Below are positions 52,071 to 64,000 of a stretch of DNA of 64,000 bases, in pieces (position 1 is the stretch's first letter; every line of letters begins with the position of its first letter). The stretch is taken from the NCBI RefSeq assembly GCF_006345805.1, contig NC_043021.1, forward strand, positions 10,664,001 to 10,728,000, written 5' to 3'. The position numbers and the translations under genes were made by a program. This DNA comes from Octopus sinensis. Taxonomy: Eukaryota. The notes beneath the pieces were generated by a model. That model did no database searches and was not told the DNA's origin. It saw only the letters and a program-made list of their open reading frames with translations.

Positions 52071-53149
52071 CTAATAATAATAATAAGGTTAGTTAAAACA
52101 AATGAAGGAATTGTTCTTTTATTTATATGTATATACAGAAAGTCTTCAGATTTGGAATGAAATAAAATAAGATAAAGTCGAATGTTTACGTTAATACATT
52201 TCCTTGGAAAATTTGAAAATTTTCTGTATATCAATAAATTAAGAATTCCTTCAGTTCTTCTAATTAATCGTATTGTTATTACCAACGTATTACTCTGTAC
52301 TCTACCAAAAAGTGTTTTCTTATATATGTATATGTGTGTGTGTGTGTGTGTGATCATTTAATCTCCATGTTCTGTGCTGGCATGATATGGATGGTTTGGC
52401 AGGATCCAATGGTTCCAATGGCTCTGCATTTTGCTCCGGTGTCTGTTTTGGCATGGTTTCAAAGACTGGATATCCTTCCTAATGTCAACCACCTTACAGC
52501 ATATACTGGGTGCTTTTCTATGTGCTACCAACAGTATTGTGGTCACTGATGCAACCTCACAAGACTATGGAACCTACTGAAGTGTGTGTGTGTGGGGGGA
52601 TGGTTGGCTTTATGCTGGGGTACAAAGGGGATAAAGCGTGAGCGGTGGGAGATAGAGCTGGTTCTTGCAAAGCAGTTGCATTGGCTGTTCGCATTTAGAA
52701 GAGATGGGGACAGTGATTAGAAGGAGCTGCAAAGCAATAAATAGGCATGAGGTGGATAGAAATAAGTTGGCAGTGGGTTTACAGGATTGTGTGAAGGGCA
52801 TCGTATGAGGGGATGGGGCGGGAGACAGACTGCAACTATAAAAATTGGGTGGATTTGAAGGGTAGATGACCAGTGAGTGATGAGATGAAGAAGATAGAGA
52901 AGATGAATGCGAAAATGTGTTGAGGGTGGGTGGGCAGGTTGACAGGATGGCAATGATGATAGGGTTGACTGGAAGGAGAGAAAAGAGGGAAATGGTGCAG
53001 TTTGGGTGGGGTGCAGGATTGGTGATGGTGTTGGGGTGGGAAAAATGTGGGAGAAAAGATGAATCTGTGTGATGCGTGGGTGGAGATAAACAATGTTAAT
53101 GGGGGAAGAATAGCCCAATGGGTGAAACGGTACTGGTATTAGTTGAAAT

Positions 53150-53383
53150 GAAGGCGGCGAGCTGGTAGAATCGTTAGCACGCCGGGCGAAATGCTTAGCA
53201 GTATTTCGTCTGCCGCTATGTTCTGAGTTCAAATTCCGCCGAGGTCAACTTTGCCTTTCATCCTTCCGGGATCGATTAAATAAGTACCAGTTATGCACTG
53301 ATGTCGATATAATCGACTTAATAGGTTTGTCTGTCCTTGTTTGTCCTCTCTGTGTTTAGCCCCTTGTGGGTAGTAAAGAAATA
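53150..53383 (+). mobile_element. SINE family A, full length, 15-bp TSD
   Basis: TSD ggtattagttgaaat at 53135-53149 and 53384-53398. Confidence 0.92.
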
Positions 53384-53529
53384 GGTATTAGTTGAAATAA
53401 TGTCATATTTAGGGAGAGCTGCAGTGGTGGATATGATGAATGATAGGAAAAGGAGGAGGAAGAAGAGATAGGGTGAGGTGCCCATTTGTGTAAATATATA
53501 CAGTTATTCCAAAACTCAATTTTGCTGAG

Positions 53530-55120
53530 GTAGGTAGGGGTCTTCTGGAGAACTTCATATCAGCAGACATCTCGATTCTTTGTCAACTTCTCTTGTGAGA
53601 CTTCAGGGTCCTGAGGTCAGCTTTCACCACATCATCCCATGTCATCCCATGTCTTCCTCTTCTGCAAGTTCCAGCCACATTGAGCAATCAGCACCTCTTC
53701 ACATAGTTGTCCCCATCTGTATGCATCACATGTCCATTCCTGCACAGTTTTCTTTCTTGCACACTAACATTGGTTCCTTTTTTTTTATCCAGTTTTTCTT
53801 TTCCCTTTTTTTTGTTTTCTCAGCACATTTGTTCTGTCATTCATGCACACTTACAATGCATATCCAACGGAGCATGCTCACCTCATTTCTTTCCAGTCTC
53901 CTCGAGTGCCCCATGTTCAAGATCCATGTCTCTTTACCATGTAGCATTGCAATTCAAACACAAGTATCATACACTCTGCCCTTCATTTTGTAGGAAAAGA
54001 CCTTTGTTGCCAACAACGATAATAGGAGCAACCACTTCCCTTGTTGATGACATCTCTTCTTAAGTGGCAAAAGCTATCAACTACTTCTACGCCCAAGAAA
54101 TTAAGGGGATCAAGTTTGTTTTTAGAAAGCACTGCTCCATACGAAGCTTATGTTCTTTGCTAGTCTTTTTGTGATTTCCCTACGTCTCCTGTGCATCCGT
54201 AGCCTACATTGGGTACAACATTTAGAGTTTATATCTACTCCTGTTCTCCATACTGAGCAAGGCCATTTCTTTGAAGGTACCAGGGTCCTGTCTTCTTCCC
54301 TACTTACTAAGACCTTTATCTTTGCTAAGTTCACCTCAGGATTCTAGGTTTAGCTTTCATGCATGGAATTTCTCGTGTGTTTGTAGAATGTGCTGCTCTA
54401 GTGCAGTTCAAGCCCCATGAATCACTACCATGCAGCATTGCAGTTCTAACACAAGCCTCATGCAATCTGCCCTTCACTCTGGGGGTAAAAAACTGTTGTT
54501 GCAAACAATGATAGTAAGAATAACCACTTCTCTTGTTGATGATGTCTCCTAAGTGGTAAAAACCATCCACTACTTCTAGTTAACCATCCAGGAAATTAAG
54601 AGAATCTATTTCTAGTGTACCTGTAGAAAGTACTGCTTCAGTACTTTTGTCACAGACAAAACTTCTGTTCTCTGCTAGTCTCCTTGTGATTCCTCTACAT
54701 CTGTGGTGTGTCCATAGCCTACATCCAAAGGCGGCGAGCTGGCAGAAACGTTATCACGCCGGGCGAAATGCGTAGCCGTATTTCGTCTGCTGCTACATTC
54801 TGAGTTCAAATTCCGCCGAGGTCGACTTTGCCTTTCATCCTTTCGGGGTTGATAAATTAAGTACCAGTTACGCACTGGGGTCGATGTAATCGACTTAATT
54901 CGTTTGTCTGTCCTTGTTTGTCCCCTCTATGTTTAGCCCCTTGTGGGTAATAAAGAAACACATAGCCTACATCCAGTATAACATATGGTGTTTGTACCTA
55001 CTCCTTTTCTCCATACTGAGCAAGGCTATTTCCCTGAAGGTATCAAGGTCTTGTCCTCTTTCCTACTAATAAGACCTTTGTCTTTACTAAGTTTACCTGA
55101 TAATTCTAGGTTTAGCTTTC
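53530..55120 (-). mobile_element. Two adjacent degenerate RTE-clade LINE ORF2 fragments
   Basis: Minus-strand translations NLAKIKVLVSR..WPCS..C.QC...H and RVKGRLHEACVRTAMLHGS.SW match the RTE RT and C-terminal region; frameshifted. Confidence 0.82.
54728..54960 (+). mobile_element. SINE family A inserted in the RTE fragment, perfect 15-bp TSD
   Basis: TSD catagcctacatcca at 54713-54727 and 54961-54975. Confidence 0.94.
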
Positions 55121-55164
55121 AGTCATTTTTTTTCATCAGAAGTAATCGGCCTGCTGTGCTTACC

Positions 55165-55580
55165 TTGGATTGTAGGGTGACCTGCTGTGCTTGAGGAGAC
55201 CTATTGAGTCAAGTACATCAATATCAAAATAAAAAATCAAATGGAAATTGTAGTTGTGATACCCATGCCGGTGGCATGTAAAAAACACCATCTGAACGTG
55301 GCCGATGCCAGCGCCACCTTGACTGGCAATGTGCCGGTGGCACGTAAAAGGCCCCAACTGATCGTGGCCGTTTGCCAGCCTCCTCTGGCCCCTGTGCCGG
55401 TGGCATGTAAAAAGCACCTACTACACTCATGGAGAGGTTGGCTTTAGGAAGGGCATCCAGCTGTAGAAACACTGCCAGATCAGACTAGAGCCTGGTGCAG
55501 CCTCCTGGCTTCTCAGACCCTGGTTGAACCATCCAACCCATGCTAGCATGGAAAACAGACGTTAAACGATGATGATGATG
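55165..55580 (+). mobile_element. SINE family C, long form, three hairpin modules
   Basis: tgccggtggca(c/t)gtaaaa three times, ggaagggcatccagctgtagaaac, (GAT)n tail. Confidence 0.88.
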
Positions 55581-55796
55581 TATGGCTCGAATTGCAATTT
55601 TTTCACCACTTGTTTTAAAAGTTGTAAAATAATGAATAAATAATTAATGTTTATATGTTATTCATGGAAATAAAAAATAAATGATCCAGCAATGATTGCA
55701 TAACAAACTGTATCAAATTAATGATATAATATGGAGCTACAAGTTGCCAAAACAAATCGGTGAAAATCTGAAAAGCCTTTGACTTGACTGATAAAT

Positions 55797-55836
<40 letters not shown>

Positions 55837-55839
55837 TAT

Positions 55840-56202
55840 AGGAGTGGCTGTGTGGTAAGTAGCTTGCTTATGAACCACATGGTTCCGGGTTCAGTCCCAC
55901 TGCATGGCACCTTGGGCAAGTGTCTTCTACTGTAGCCTCGGGCTGACCAAAGCCTTGTGAGTGGATTTGGTAGACAGAAACTGAAAGAAGCCTGTCATAT
56001 ATATATATATATGTGTGTGTGTGTTTGTCCCCTCAACATGCTTGACAACCAATGATGGTGTGTTTACGTCCCCGTAACTTCGCAGTTCAGCAAAAGAGAC
56101 CGATAGAATAAGTACTAGACTTACAAAGAATGAGTCAATTTGCTCGACTACAGGCAGTGCTCCAGCATGGCGACAGTCAAATGACTGAAATGAGTAAAAG
56201 AG
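55840..56202 (+). mobile_element. SINE family B, full length
   Basis: ggagtggctgtgtggtaagtagcttgc head through to the gtaaaagag tail. Confidence 0.9.
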
Positions 56203-56235
56203 TGAGAGTATATATAATGTGTGTGTGTTTGTTTG

Positions 56236-56286
<51 letters not shown>

Positions 56287-57863
56287 ACACACACACAAAC
56301 ACACATTGTATATATATATGCTTGCAATGACTGAAACCTTTGGCCTGATGTCGTGCATGAGAAGAAGACCCATCAAACCAAGCAAAATTGCAGTTGTCGT
56401 AGGTATTGGTGTTACGCAAATGGCACGTAAAACCACCCATTACACTCTCAGAGTGGTTGGCGTTAGGAAGGGCATCCAGTCATAGAAAACCGTGCCAAAT
56501 CAGACTGGAGTCTGGTGCAGTCTTCCAGCTACCAGCCCTGGTTAAACCTTCCAACCCATGCCAGCATGGACAACAGATGGTAAGTGATGATGATGACATG
56601 AGTAAGCACATAAATACAAAACCAGGTGGGAAAAATAGTACTCGAATCCCAAAGCCAGAGTAAAATGCTTTTTATTAAAGCTGCAAAAGCATCACAAAAA
56701 ACAGTTTTGTTCAGCCATTTCGAGCAAGGCCTCATCTTCTGCAAAAGAAGGTCTCTTTACCTTCTAGATTGATCACTTTTATCACAGCTGAGGAGTTCGG
56801 CCTACCCATACAAAAATCAATTTAACCTACAGATGGGACCCTGATGGGTATTACCATTCTGTTAAAGTACAGATCTGGGAGTAATGGTAATTAAGGGGTC
56901 ACTCTTTGTTCCCCACAACTCGAATATATGAACTGGTGCCTCTCAACCGGACGCTGTTTAATGACATACCCAGGACACTCCAAACACTTAATTTAATAAC
57001 AAAAAAGAAAAAAAACTTTTAATTAAAAGCATTACTCGTGTTGATGACATCTTTCAGCTCTAATTAAGTCTTCTCTAAATGAGATTCACTTGGAATTAAT
57101 TTAAATGTTGCAATGAATTCTTTGAAACCTATTAAGTTTTATTTGTAACTCTCAGGAGAAAAAAAAAAAAACTTGTTTATTGCTTTAGATTTCATTGGTT
57201 GTGTTCCCCTTTTACCCCCTTTCCTCCCTTGGGGAAAAAAATTGATAGATCCTATTAAAGTTTGATGTGTAGCTCCTGGTGGGGGGAAGAAATTATATTA
57301 ATCCTACTTCTCAACTCAGAAATAAGAAGAAGCACATGTTGTCGTTGAAATGCCAGTTGTTTGGCTTTCATGAAGAAATCAACACTCTTCTTTCACTCAT
57401 ATCTGCCAGGGCATACGTACATACATACATACATACATACATACATGTAAACCTACACAAATAGATGGGGAGATACACACATTCATAAACACATGCAAAC
57501 ACACGTGTCTACATCATAATACATACATATATACATGTGTATATGTTATTATATACGCATTCACAAAAACATATATGCATACACACACAGTATACATGCA
57601 TACATCTCTCTATATATATGTGTATATATATCTATATCTACATAAATATATATATATAATAATAATAATAGTAATAGATGATTTGGATCATTAAGTATAA
57701 ATCAATTAGTGTGTTTGAATGTTGAGTAGAGCACCGACAGTTCGGCTACCTGTTGCCATCTGCAGCCATGGTACACTCTTCCATTGGATCTACTTCAGGA
57801 ACTCTCCAGTGGCAATTAAGGTAATGTTAATTAACAGATGGAATTGGTATCTATGTATGTATA

Positions 57864-57911
<48 letters not shown>

Positions 57912-58528
57912 CATATTCATACATAGATACCAAAACGCCCCCTCCCCGCGTCCAATGGACGGTGCTGAGTTGTCAAACATTTAAACCAAATTTTCTCAAA
58001 ACAACTTGTCCGACTGTCCCATAGGCCTCCCCTTTGAGAAATACTAATTTAACCTAAATTTGAGAGACCAGCAAAAGAAAAAATAAAGATAGACTTTTTC
58101 TTTTCTATTTCAAAGAATGCTTTATCAATCGCATTCTCTCCTGGAATCGATGTTCCATGCTGGCATGTGTTGGACGACTACCAAGTGAAATGGTTCTGGA
58201 TAGCAAGAATTAAAAAAAACGGTATCAAAATGCAAGAGCTGCATTGAGAGATGGCAGTGGAGCTGCGTTGAAGGAGGAGATTGGTTGAGATGATCATTTG
58301 TGCAAATACAACACACACACACACACACAGTATTTCCAGAACTCAGTTTTGCCATAGTGGGCAGATCTTCTCTGGGACCCTGTATTGCCAGATGTCCTGG
58401 TCCTTGATCATCTTTTCTGTGAGGCCCAGGGTCCTCAGATCAGCCTTCATTACTTCATCCCACCTCCTGTTTTGTTTCCCTCTTCCACAAACGCCATTCA
58501 CGTTGATTGGCACCTATCTCTGCTAGTC

Positions 58529-58873
58529 TTTTCTTTTATTCTTTTACTTGTTTCAGTCATTTGACTGTGGCCATGCTGGAGCACCGCCTTTAATCGAGCA
58601 ACTCAACCCCGGAACTTATTCTTTTGTAAGCCCAGTACTTATTCTATCGGTCTCTTTTGCCGAACCGCTAAGTGACGGGGACATAAACACACCAGCATCG
58701 GTTGTCAAGCAATGCTAGGGGGACAAACACAGACACACACATATATACGACGGGCTTCTTTCAGTTCCATCTACCAAATCCACTCACAAGGCATTGGTCG
58801 GCCTGAGGCTATAGTAGAAGACACTTGCCCAAGGTGCCATGCAGTGGGACTGAACCCGGAACCATATGGTTGG
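58529..58873 (-). mobile_element. SINE family B, 5'-truncated
   Basis: Subfamily marks ctttaatcgagcaact and aagcaatgctagggggac, shared with the 59881 copy. Confidence 0.9.
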
Positions 58874-59880
58874 TTTCTATTGCTTCTTCCATTGCTCTCT
58901 GCATCCATACGCATCAAAAATCCAAACCGATACAGTCTTCTTTCTTGCATGCTGACATTGGTTCCTTTTATCCCCTGTTTCCCTTGCAGCATATTTATAC
59001 TATGTTGTTCATGCACATTTACATTGCATATCCAATGGAGCATGCACACTTCATTTCTTTCCAGTCCTCTCAGGTACTCCATGTCCAAGGTCCATATCAC
59101 TTTATCATGCAGCATTGCAGTTCTAACACAAGCCTCATGCAATCTGCCCTTCACTCTGTAGGGGGGAAAAAGCCTTTGTTTCCAACAGTGATTGTAGGAG
59201 TAACCACTTCTCTTGTTGATGACATCTCCATGGTGGTAACAGCTATCAACTACTTGTAGTTAACCATCCAAGAAATTCAGGGGGCCAAGTGTGTTTGTAG
59301 AACATACTACTCCATTAGATCTGTGACATACGAAGCTTATGTTCCCTCCTAGTCTCCCTGTGATTCCACTACATCTCTGGTGCATCCATAGCATATATTG
59401 GGCACAGTATATGGAATTTGATTCTACTCCTCTTCTCTATACTGAGTAAGGCTATTTCCCTGAAGGTATCAGGGACTTGTCCTCTTTCCTACTAATAAGA
59501 CATTTGTCTTTACTACCTGATAATTCTAGGTTTAGCTTTCATGCATGGAATTTCTTCTTTAATTTCCTTGTAGATTCAGCTAAAAAAAAAACTAGCTCAT
59601 TAGCATATAAGAATTCCTATGGATATCCAATCATAAACTCTTCTGTGATGGCCTGTAGGTTTAAGATGCAATGGAAGAAGCTGGAGATCAAGCTTTGATG
59701 GAATCCAACCCTCACCTTGAATTTATCACTGAGGTCTTCATTGTATATGGCTTGTACAGTCTTCATTCCCTACTTACTAAGACCTTTGTCTTTGCTAAGT
59801 TCAACTGAGGAGTCTAGGTTTAGCTTTCATCCATGGAATCCCTATGGAATTCCGTACGAAGCTTATAGTCTCTGCTAGTC

Positions 59881-60270
59881 TTTTCTTTTATTCTTTTACT
59901 TGTTTCAGTCATTTGACTGCGGCCATGCTGGAGCACCGCCTTTAATCGAGCAACTCGACCCCGGGACTTATTCTTTTGTAAGCCCAGTACTTATACTATT
60001 GGTCTCTTTTGCCGAACCGCTAAGTAATGGGGACATAAACACACCAGCATTGGTTGTCAAGCAATGCTAGGGGGACAAACACAGACACACAAACACACAC
60101 ATATATACAATGGGCTTCTTTCAGTTTCCGTCTACCAAATCCTCTCACAAGGCTTTGGTTGGCCTGAGGCTATAGCAGAAGACACTTGCCCAAGGTGCCA
60201 CACAGTGGGACTGAACCCGGAACCATGTGGTTGGTTAACAAGCTACTTACCACACAGCCACTCCTACGCC
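59881..60270 (-). mobile_element. SINE family B, full length
   Basis: Tail to head; short flanking duplication ctagtct. Confidence 0.9.
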
Positions 60271-60418
60271 TAGTCTGTCTGTGATTCCATTACATCTTTT
60301 GAGTGTTCATATCTACAATGGGCACAGTCATTAGAGTTTATACCCACTCCTTTTATATAAATAAACTTCTTACACAGACCCCATTTTTTTTTCTTTTTCG
60401 TACCTTTATTATCTATGT

Positions 60419-60544
60419 CAATATTTCTCAACTGGGACCCATATGATCCTTGGGGTCCATGTAAGATTTGGATCTTAAAATTTACGTAAGATTTTGTTGT
60501 AAAATTTATGAAAATTGAAAGAAACTTGTCATACATATATATAC

Positions 60545-60595
<51 letters not shown>

Positions 60596-61275
60596 TGCAG
60601 GTAGCACATAAGAAACACCTTTTGAGCATGGTCATTACCAGAATCGCCTGACTGCCCCTTGTGTCAGTGGCCCATAAAGCACCCATTACACTCTAAGAGT
60701 GGTTGGCGTTAGGAAGGGCATCCAGCTGTCTAAACTTTGCCAGATCAGGTTGGAGCCTGGTGCAGCCTTCTGGCTCGCCAGTCCTCAGTCAAACCGTCAA
60801 ACCCATACCAGCATGGAAAGCAGATGTTAAACGGTAATGATAATGATATATATATATATACACAAACACACACACACACACACATGTGTGTGTGTGTGTG
60901 TCTTTGTGTCTGTGTTTGTCCCCCACCACCACTTGACAACCAGTGATAGTGTGTTTACATCCCTGTAACTTAGCAATTCATCAAAGGATTGATAGAATAA
61001 GTACCAAACATAAAAAAAGTACTGGGGTTGATGCATTCGACTAAAATTTCTTCAAGGTGTTGGCCCAGCGTAGCCACGGTCAAATGACAGAAACAAGATA
61101 AGCAGAATGATGAAATTGGTTATACTTGTACAATACATAAAAATATTTTCACAATTTTTTTTGTACAATTACTAATAATAAAATTTATTTTAAACATCAA
61201 ATGGCTAGGAGGGTCCACCCATGTAAAATAGGAATCATGAGGGTCCATAGGTGAAAAAATGGTCGGGAACCACTG
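60419..61275. mobile_element. hAT-type MITE interrupted by a microsatellite and family C/B SINE pieces
   Basis: Ends caatatttctcaac / gtcgggaaccactg; 8-bp TSD atctatgt (60411-60418) versus atctatgc (61276-61283); ggggtcc motifs as in the 15206 element. Confidence 0.72.
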
Positions 61276-61475
61276 ATCTATGCAATCATTATGTTCTTGC
61301 TATTTTGTATTGTTGAGTTTCCACATTTTTTTTTACATTCCTTACAGCTTAGCTTATAGCCTTACTTGTGTATGTGTTTAAATTATATGGTCTCTTGTCA
61401 ATATCTGTGTTAATAATAATAATAATAATGTTAATATGGATTTATTTCTATAATAGTAATAATGAGTGTAGTGTT

Positions 61476-61508
<33 letters not shown>

Positions 61509-62270
61509 CATATATATACACACACTTATCCAGAATCATGCCGGACGTGGAGGAAAAGAGAAATAGTAATTCAGTGAAGGAGAAGTAGTGAGAGTAAAAG
61601 CCCTGACTGGGAGAGAGTGAGGGAAAGTAATAGCAATGAGAGAAAGGAAGGGGTGATAGATGAATAAGGAAGGAAGGTGTGAAAAAAATCAGCATTTCAA
61701 CTGTGTGTGAGTATATGTATGTGTGTGTGTGCGTGTGTGTACAAGGGAAGTATGTGAATGTTTGTATGTGTCATTATTGATGGCATGTGGTCAGCTAGTT
61801 TCTATAATAATAAGGATGATGATGGTGGTCACTCCTGTTGACTTTCAATGTATGAGTGTTTGAAGGAGAGGGTTTTGTTTTAAAAAAAAAAACTTTAAAA
61901 ATAAAAGAAGCTGCATCTATTTGTGATGGATGTGTGAATGTAATTTGAGTCCAGGGATGGATTTTACTATGTAATCACAAAGGGGACACTGGTGGTTTTG
62001 ACTTTTGCCTGGAATTGGGCAAAAAATGTGTCTTTTGATTACAGGATATAATTCTTTTATTGTTCTTCATCTTCAACTCAAATAGTTTTGATACATCATC
62101 ATCATCCCATTTTGTACCTTACACATTAATCTAGGCAACAACTTCACCATGATGTCCAATTAAACCATAAGTATTTTAATGATTGCTTCAACTTGTCCTT
62201 ATACCTAATAATAATAATAATAATAATGGTTGCTGGTTACTACTTTTAATTGTTGTTGTTGTTGTTACAG

Positions 62271-62506
62271 ATCTTGACCTGGACAGCTCTGAAGACTCCT
62301 CTACAGAAACTGAAGACACGGAAGATGCCAAGTCAACAACTTCCTGGGAAGACATGAGCAAGCTCGACCCAAACATGTTATTATACAAGGCAGCACAAGC
62401 CCGTAACCTTCCAGTAATGGTCGAAGCTTTAGCACATGGTGGAAATTCAAATTGGATCAACGAAGAAGATGAAGGGAAGACACCGCTTATGAAGTCAGTG
62501 GAAACG
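62271..62506 (+). CDS. ACAP2: ACAP exon I, acidic linker and first ankyrin region (DLDLDSSEDSS...LYKAAQARNLPVMVEALAHGG...GKTPLMKSVET)
   Basis: Acceptor gttacag|AT, donor ACG|gtatgg; 236 nt, phase 1 to 0; LY.AA...NLP.M.EALAHG and TPL motifs. Confidence 0.94.
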
Positions 62507-62764
62507 GTATGGGGATGTCTTGCTTATTGGATTTTGTCCCAAGTCTCTTTTGACATCGCAGTTGTTTGTGTACGTGAGTGAATGAGAGAATAGGCTTAAT
62601 CTTCAGGCAATAGAGCAGGTGGACTTAGGCACCCAGGTGTTGTCAGATAATTGTGGTTTGACTGTATGGCTACTTCGTCCTTGGATGCTGCTTCATTTAT
62701 TTTATGTCAGTCTTTTTGCATGCTAACATGGGCATAGATGAATGCATATTACAAAGCTTTTATT

Positions 62765-62960
62765 TTACTACCTCCACCTTAGCGAAGGCGGAGGTATTGT
62801 TTTCAGTCATGTTTGTTTGTTTGTCCGTGGACAAGATATCTCAAGAACTGCTGGATGGATTCGGATGAAACTTTCAAGAATGTTTGGCCTTGTAGCTGGC
62901 ACAAATTGATTAGATTTTGGGATTGATCCAGTACCGGATAAGGATTCTGGATTATTTCTT
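62765..62960 (+). mobile_element. Helentron/HINE-like non-autonomous element, 5' part
   Basis: Hairpin TACCTCCACCTT-AGCG-AAGGCGGAGGTA (62769-62796) followed by (GTTT)n and ggatggattcggatgaaacttt; may extend to about 63310. Confidence 0.6.
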
Positions 62961-63556
62961 ATATTTACTTTACTTTACATGATTATGATCTTATGTTAAC
63001 TTTCAAGTCTTTCTCAGTTTTCTTCCTCTAACTAGGCTGTAACTATTTTGAGAGGTGAATTTATTAACTTGGCTTGTATTAGATAAGGATAAACTATTTA
63101 TTTTCTACAGCCACTTTCACATTCCATGGCTATCATTGGGATTGATCAGACACCAGACAGGGACTCTGGATTATTATTCCTGTTTTTTTTACTTAGTTTT
63201 TGAGAGTGGTTGGGTTTGTTTTTAGTATTCTCATTTGTGAGAGCAGTCGAGTTTATTTCAGATATTCTCATTTTAAAAATCATCTCTGGCTAATCATTGA
63301 GAGGATGTTGGTGATGTGATGATAAGCCAGGTAGAATCTTTTGCACGTCAGGCAAAATGCTTGGCAGCATTTTGTCTGTCCTTACGTTCTGAGTTCAAAT
63401 TCTGCCACGGTTAACTTTGCTTTTCATATTTTTGAAGTTGATAAAATAAATGCCAGTTGAGTTCCACGGTTGACATAATTGACTTCGCTGAACTTGCTGA
63501 CCTTGTTCTAAGATTTGAAACCAATATTGTTTAATTTCAATAATTTTGTGTTTCAG

Positions 63557-63666
63557 GGTTCTTTAGCTGCCTGCGAGTTTCTCCTGCTCAACGGTGCTAA
63601 GTTGGATCGACGGGACCAGAAGGGAAGAACTCCCTTACATCACGCTACGATACATGGCTACACTGG
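63557..63666 (+). CDS. ACAP2: ACAP exon J, ankyrin repeats (GSLAACEFLLLNGAKLDRRDQKGRTPLHHATIHGYT-G)
   Basis: Acceptor tttcag|G, donor GG|gtaagt; 110 nt, phase 0 to 2; CEFLL.NGA and GR.PLHHAT..G.TG motifs. Confidence 0.95.
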
Positions 63667-63897
63667 GTAAGTGGAAGTGACCGAGTTGTTTGGTCAGTAC
63701 AGATGATACAGTACACAATTGATTGTGAGGTTTGAGCGACTAAAATATGGTCAAAGTTAAGTGTGTGATTGTGATAGGATCAGTTAAAACTAGGATCTAA
63801 ATCAGATAGGAGTCAACTCAGCTAATGTCTCTGATTAACGGTCCGATACGAGATGGTGTTTTTGTCTAATTGAAAACATCATAATTAGTAGATAAAT

Positions 63898-64000
63898 AAG
63901 GTGGCAAGCTGGCGGAATTGTTAGCATGCCAGGCAAAATGCTAAGCAGCATTTCGTCCGTCTTTATGTTCTGAGTTCAAATTCTGCTGAGGTTGACTTTG
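63898..64000 (+). mobile_element. SINE family A head, cut by the window end
   Basis: aaggtggcaagctggcggaattgttagc ... gttcaaattctgctgaggttgactttg. Confidence 0.85.

Larger units (their letters stand above)
58300..60350 (-). mobile_element. Degenerate RTE-clade LINE fragments interrupted by two family B SINEs
   Basis: KGRLHEACVRTAMLH...RGLERNE..ML.WICNV...ERRL and CGRGK..RWDEVMKADLRTLGLTE motifs. Confidence 0.85.
10200..63666 (+). other. ACAP2: Partial multi-exon ACAP (centaurin-beta) gene: PH, ArfGAP and ankyrin domains; both ends outside the window
   Basis: Ten exons joined by GT-AG introns keep one open frame (1454 nt). Domain order PH-ArfGAP-ANK is diagnostic of the ACAP family. The symbol is family-level, since ACAP1/2/3 are vertebrate paralogues. 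Confidence 0.93.

Noticed and set aside
55255-55430. CRISPR-like repeat-spacer pattern, or a definite HDV ribozyme, in family C
   Set aside because: Spacers are homologous to each other and lie inside a dispersed SINE. The HDV P2 helix and catalytic J4/2 could not be assigned, so it is kept only as a structural lead.

Overview
Eukaryotic, AT-rich, microsatellite-dense genomic DNA. The SINE families and (TA/TG)n density look like coleoid cephalopod, probably Octopus; this is recalled from memory, not searched. One protein-coding gene is visible on the + strand: the 3' two-thirds of an ACAP / centaurin-beta ArfGAP gene. I assembled 10 GT-AG exons (10200-63666; 1454 nt, phases consistent, no stops) encoding PH, linker, ArfGAP zinc finger (C-x2-C-x16-C-x2-C-x4-R), linker and ankyrin repeats. 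The BAR-domain exons and the last exons lie outside the window. Everything else is intronic: five SINE-like families, RTE and CR1 LINE fragments, mariner/Tc1/pogo/hAT MITEs, Helitron/Helentron-like elements, three minisatellites and many microsatellites. Almost all ORFs in the supplied track are repeat artefacts. I found no convincing new multi-gene system. The best leads are a structurally conserved repeat-hairpin module inside one SINE family, a TG...CA element inserted in (TTA)n, a three-monomer higher-order minisatellite beside an exon with tandem in-frame acceptors, inverted SINE pairs that could form ADAR or back-splicing substrates, and a possible antisense exon. SINE family letters A-E are my own labels. 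Repeat boundaries are approximate unless a TSD or TIR is given.
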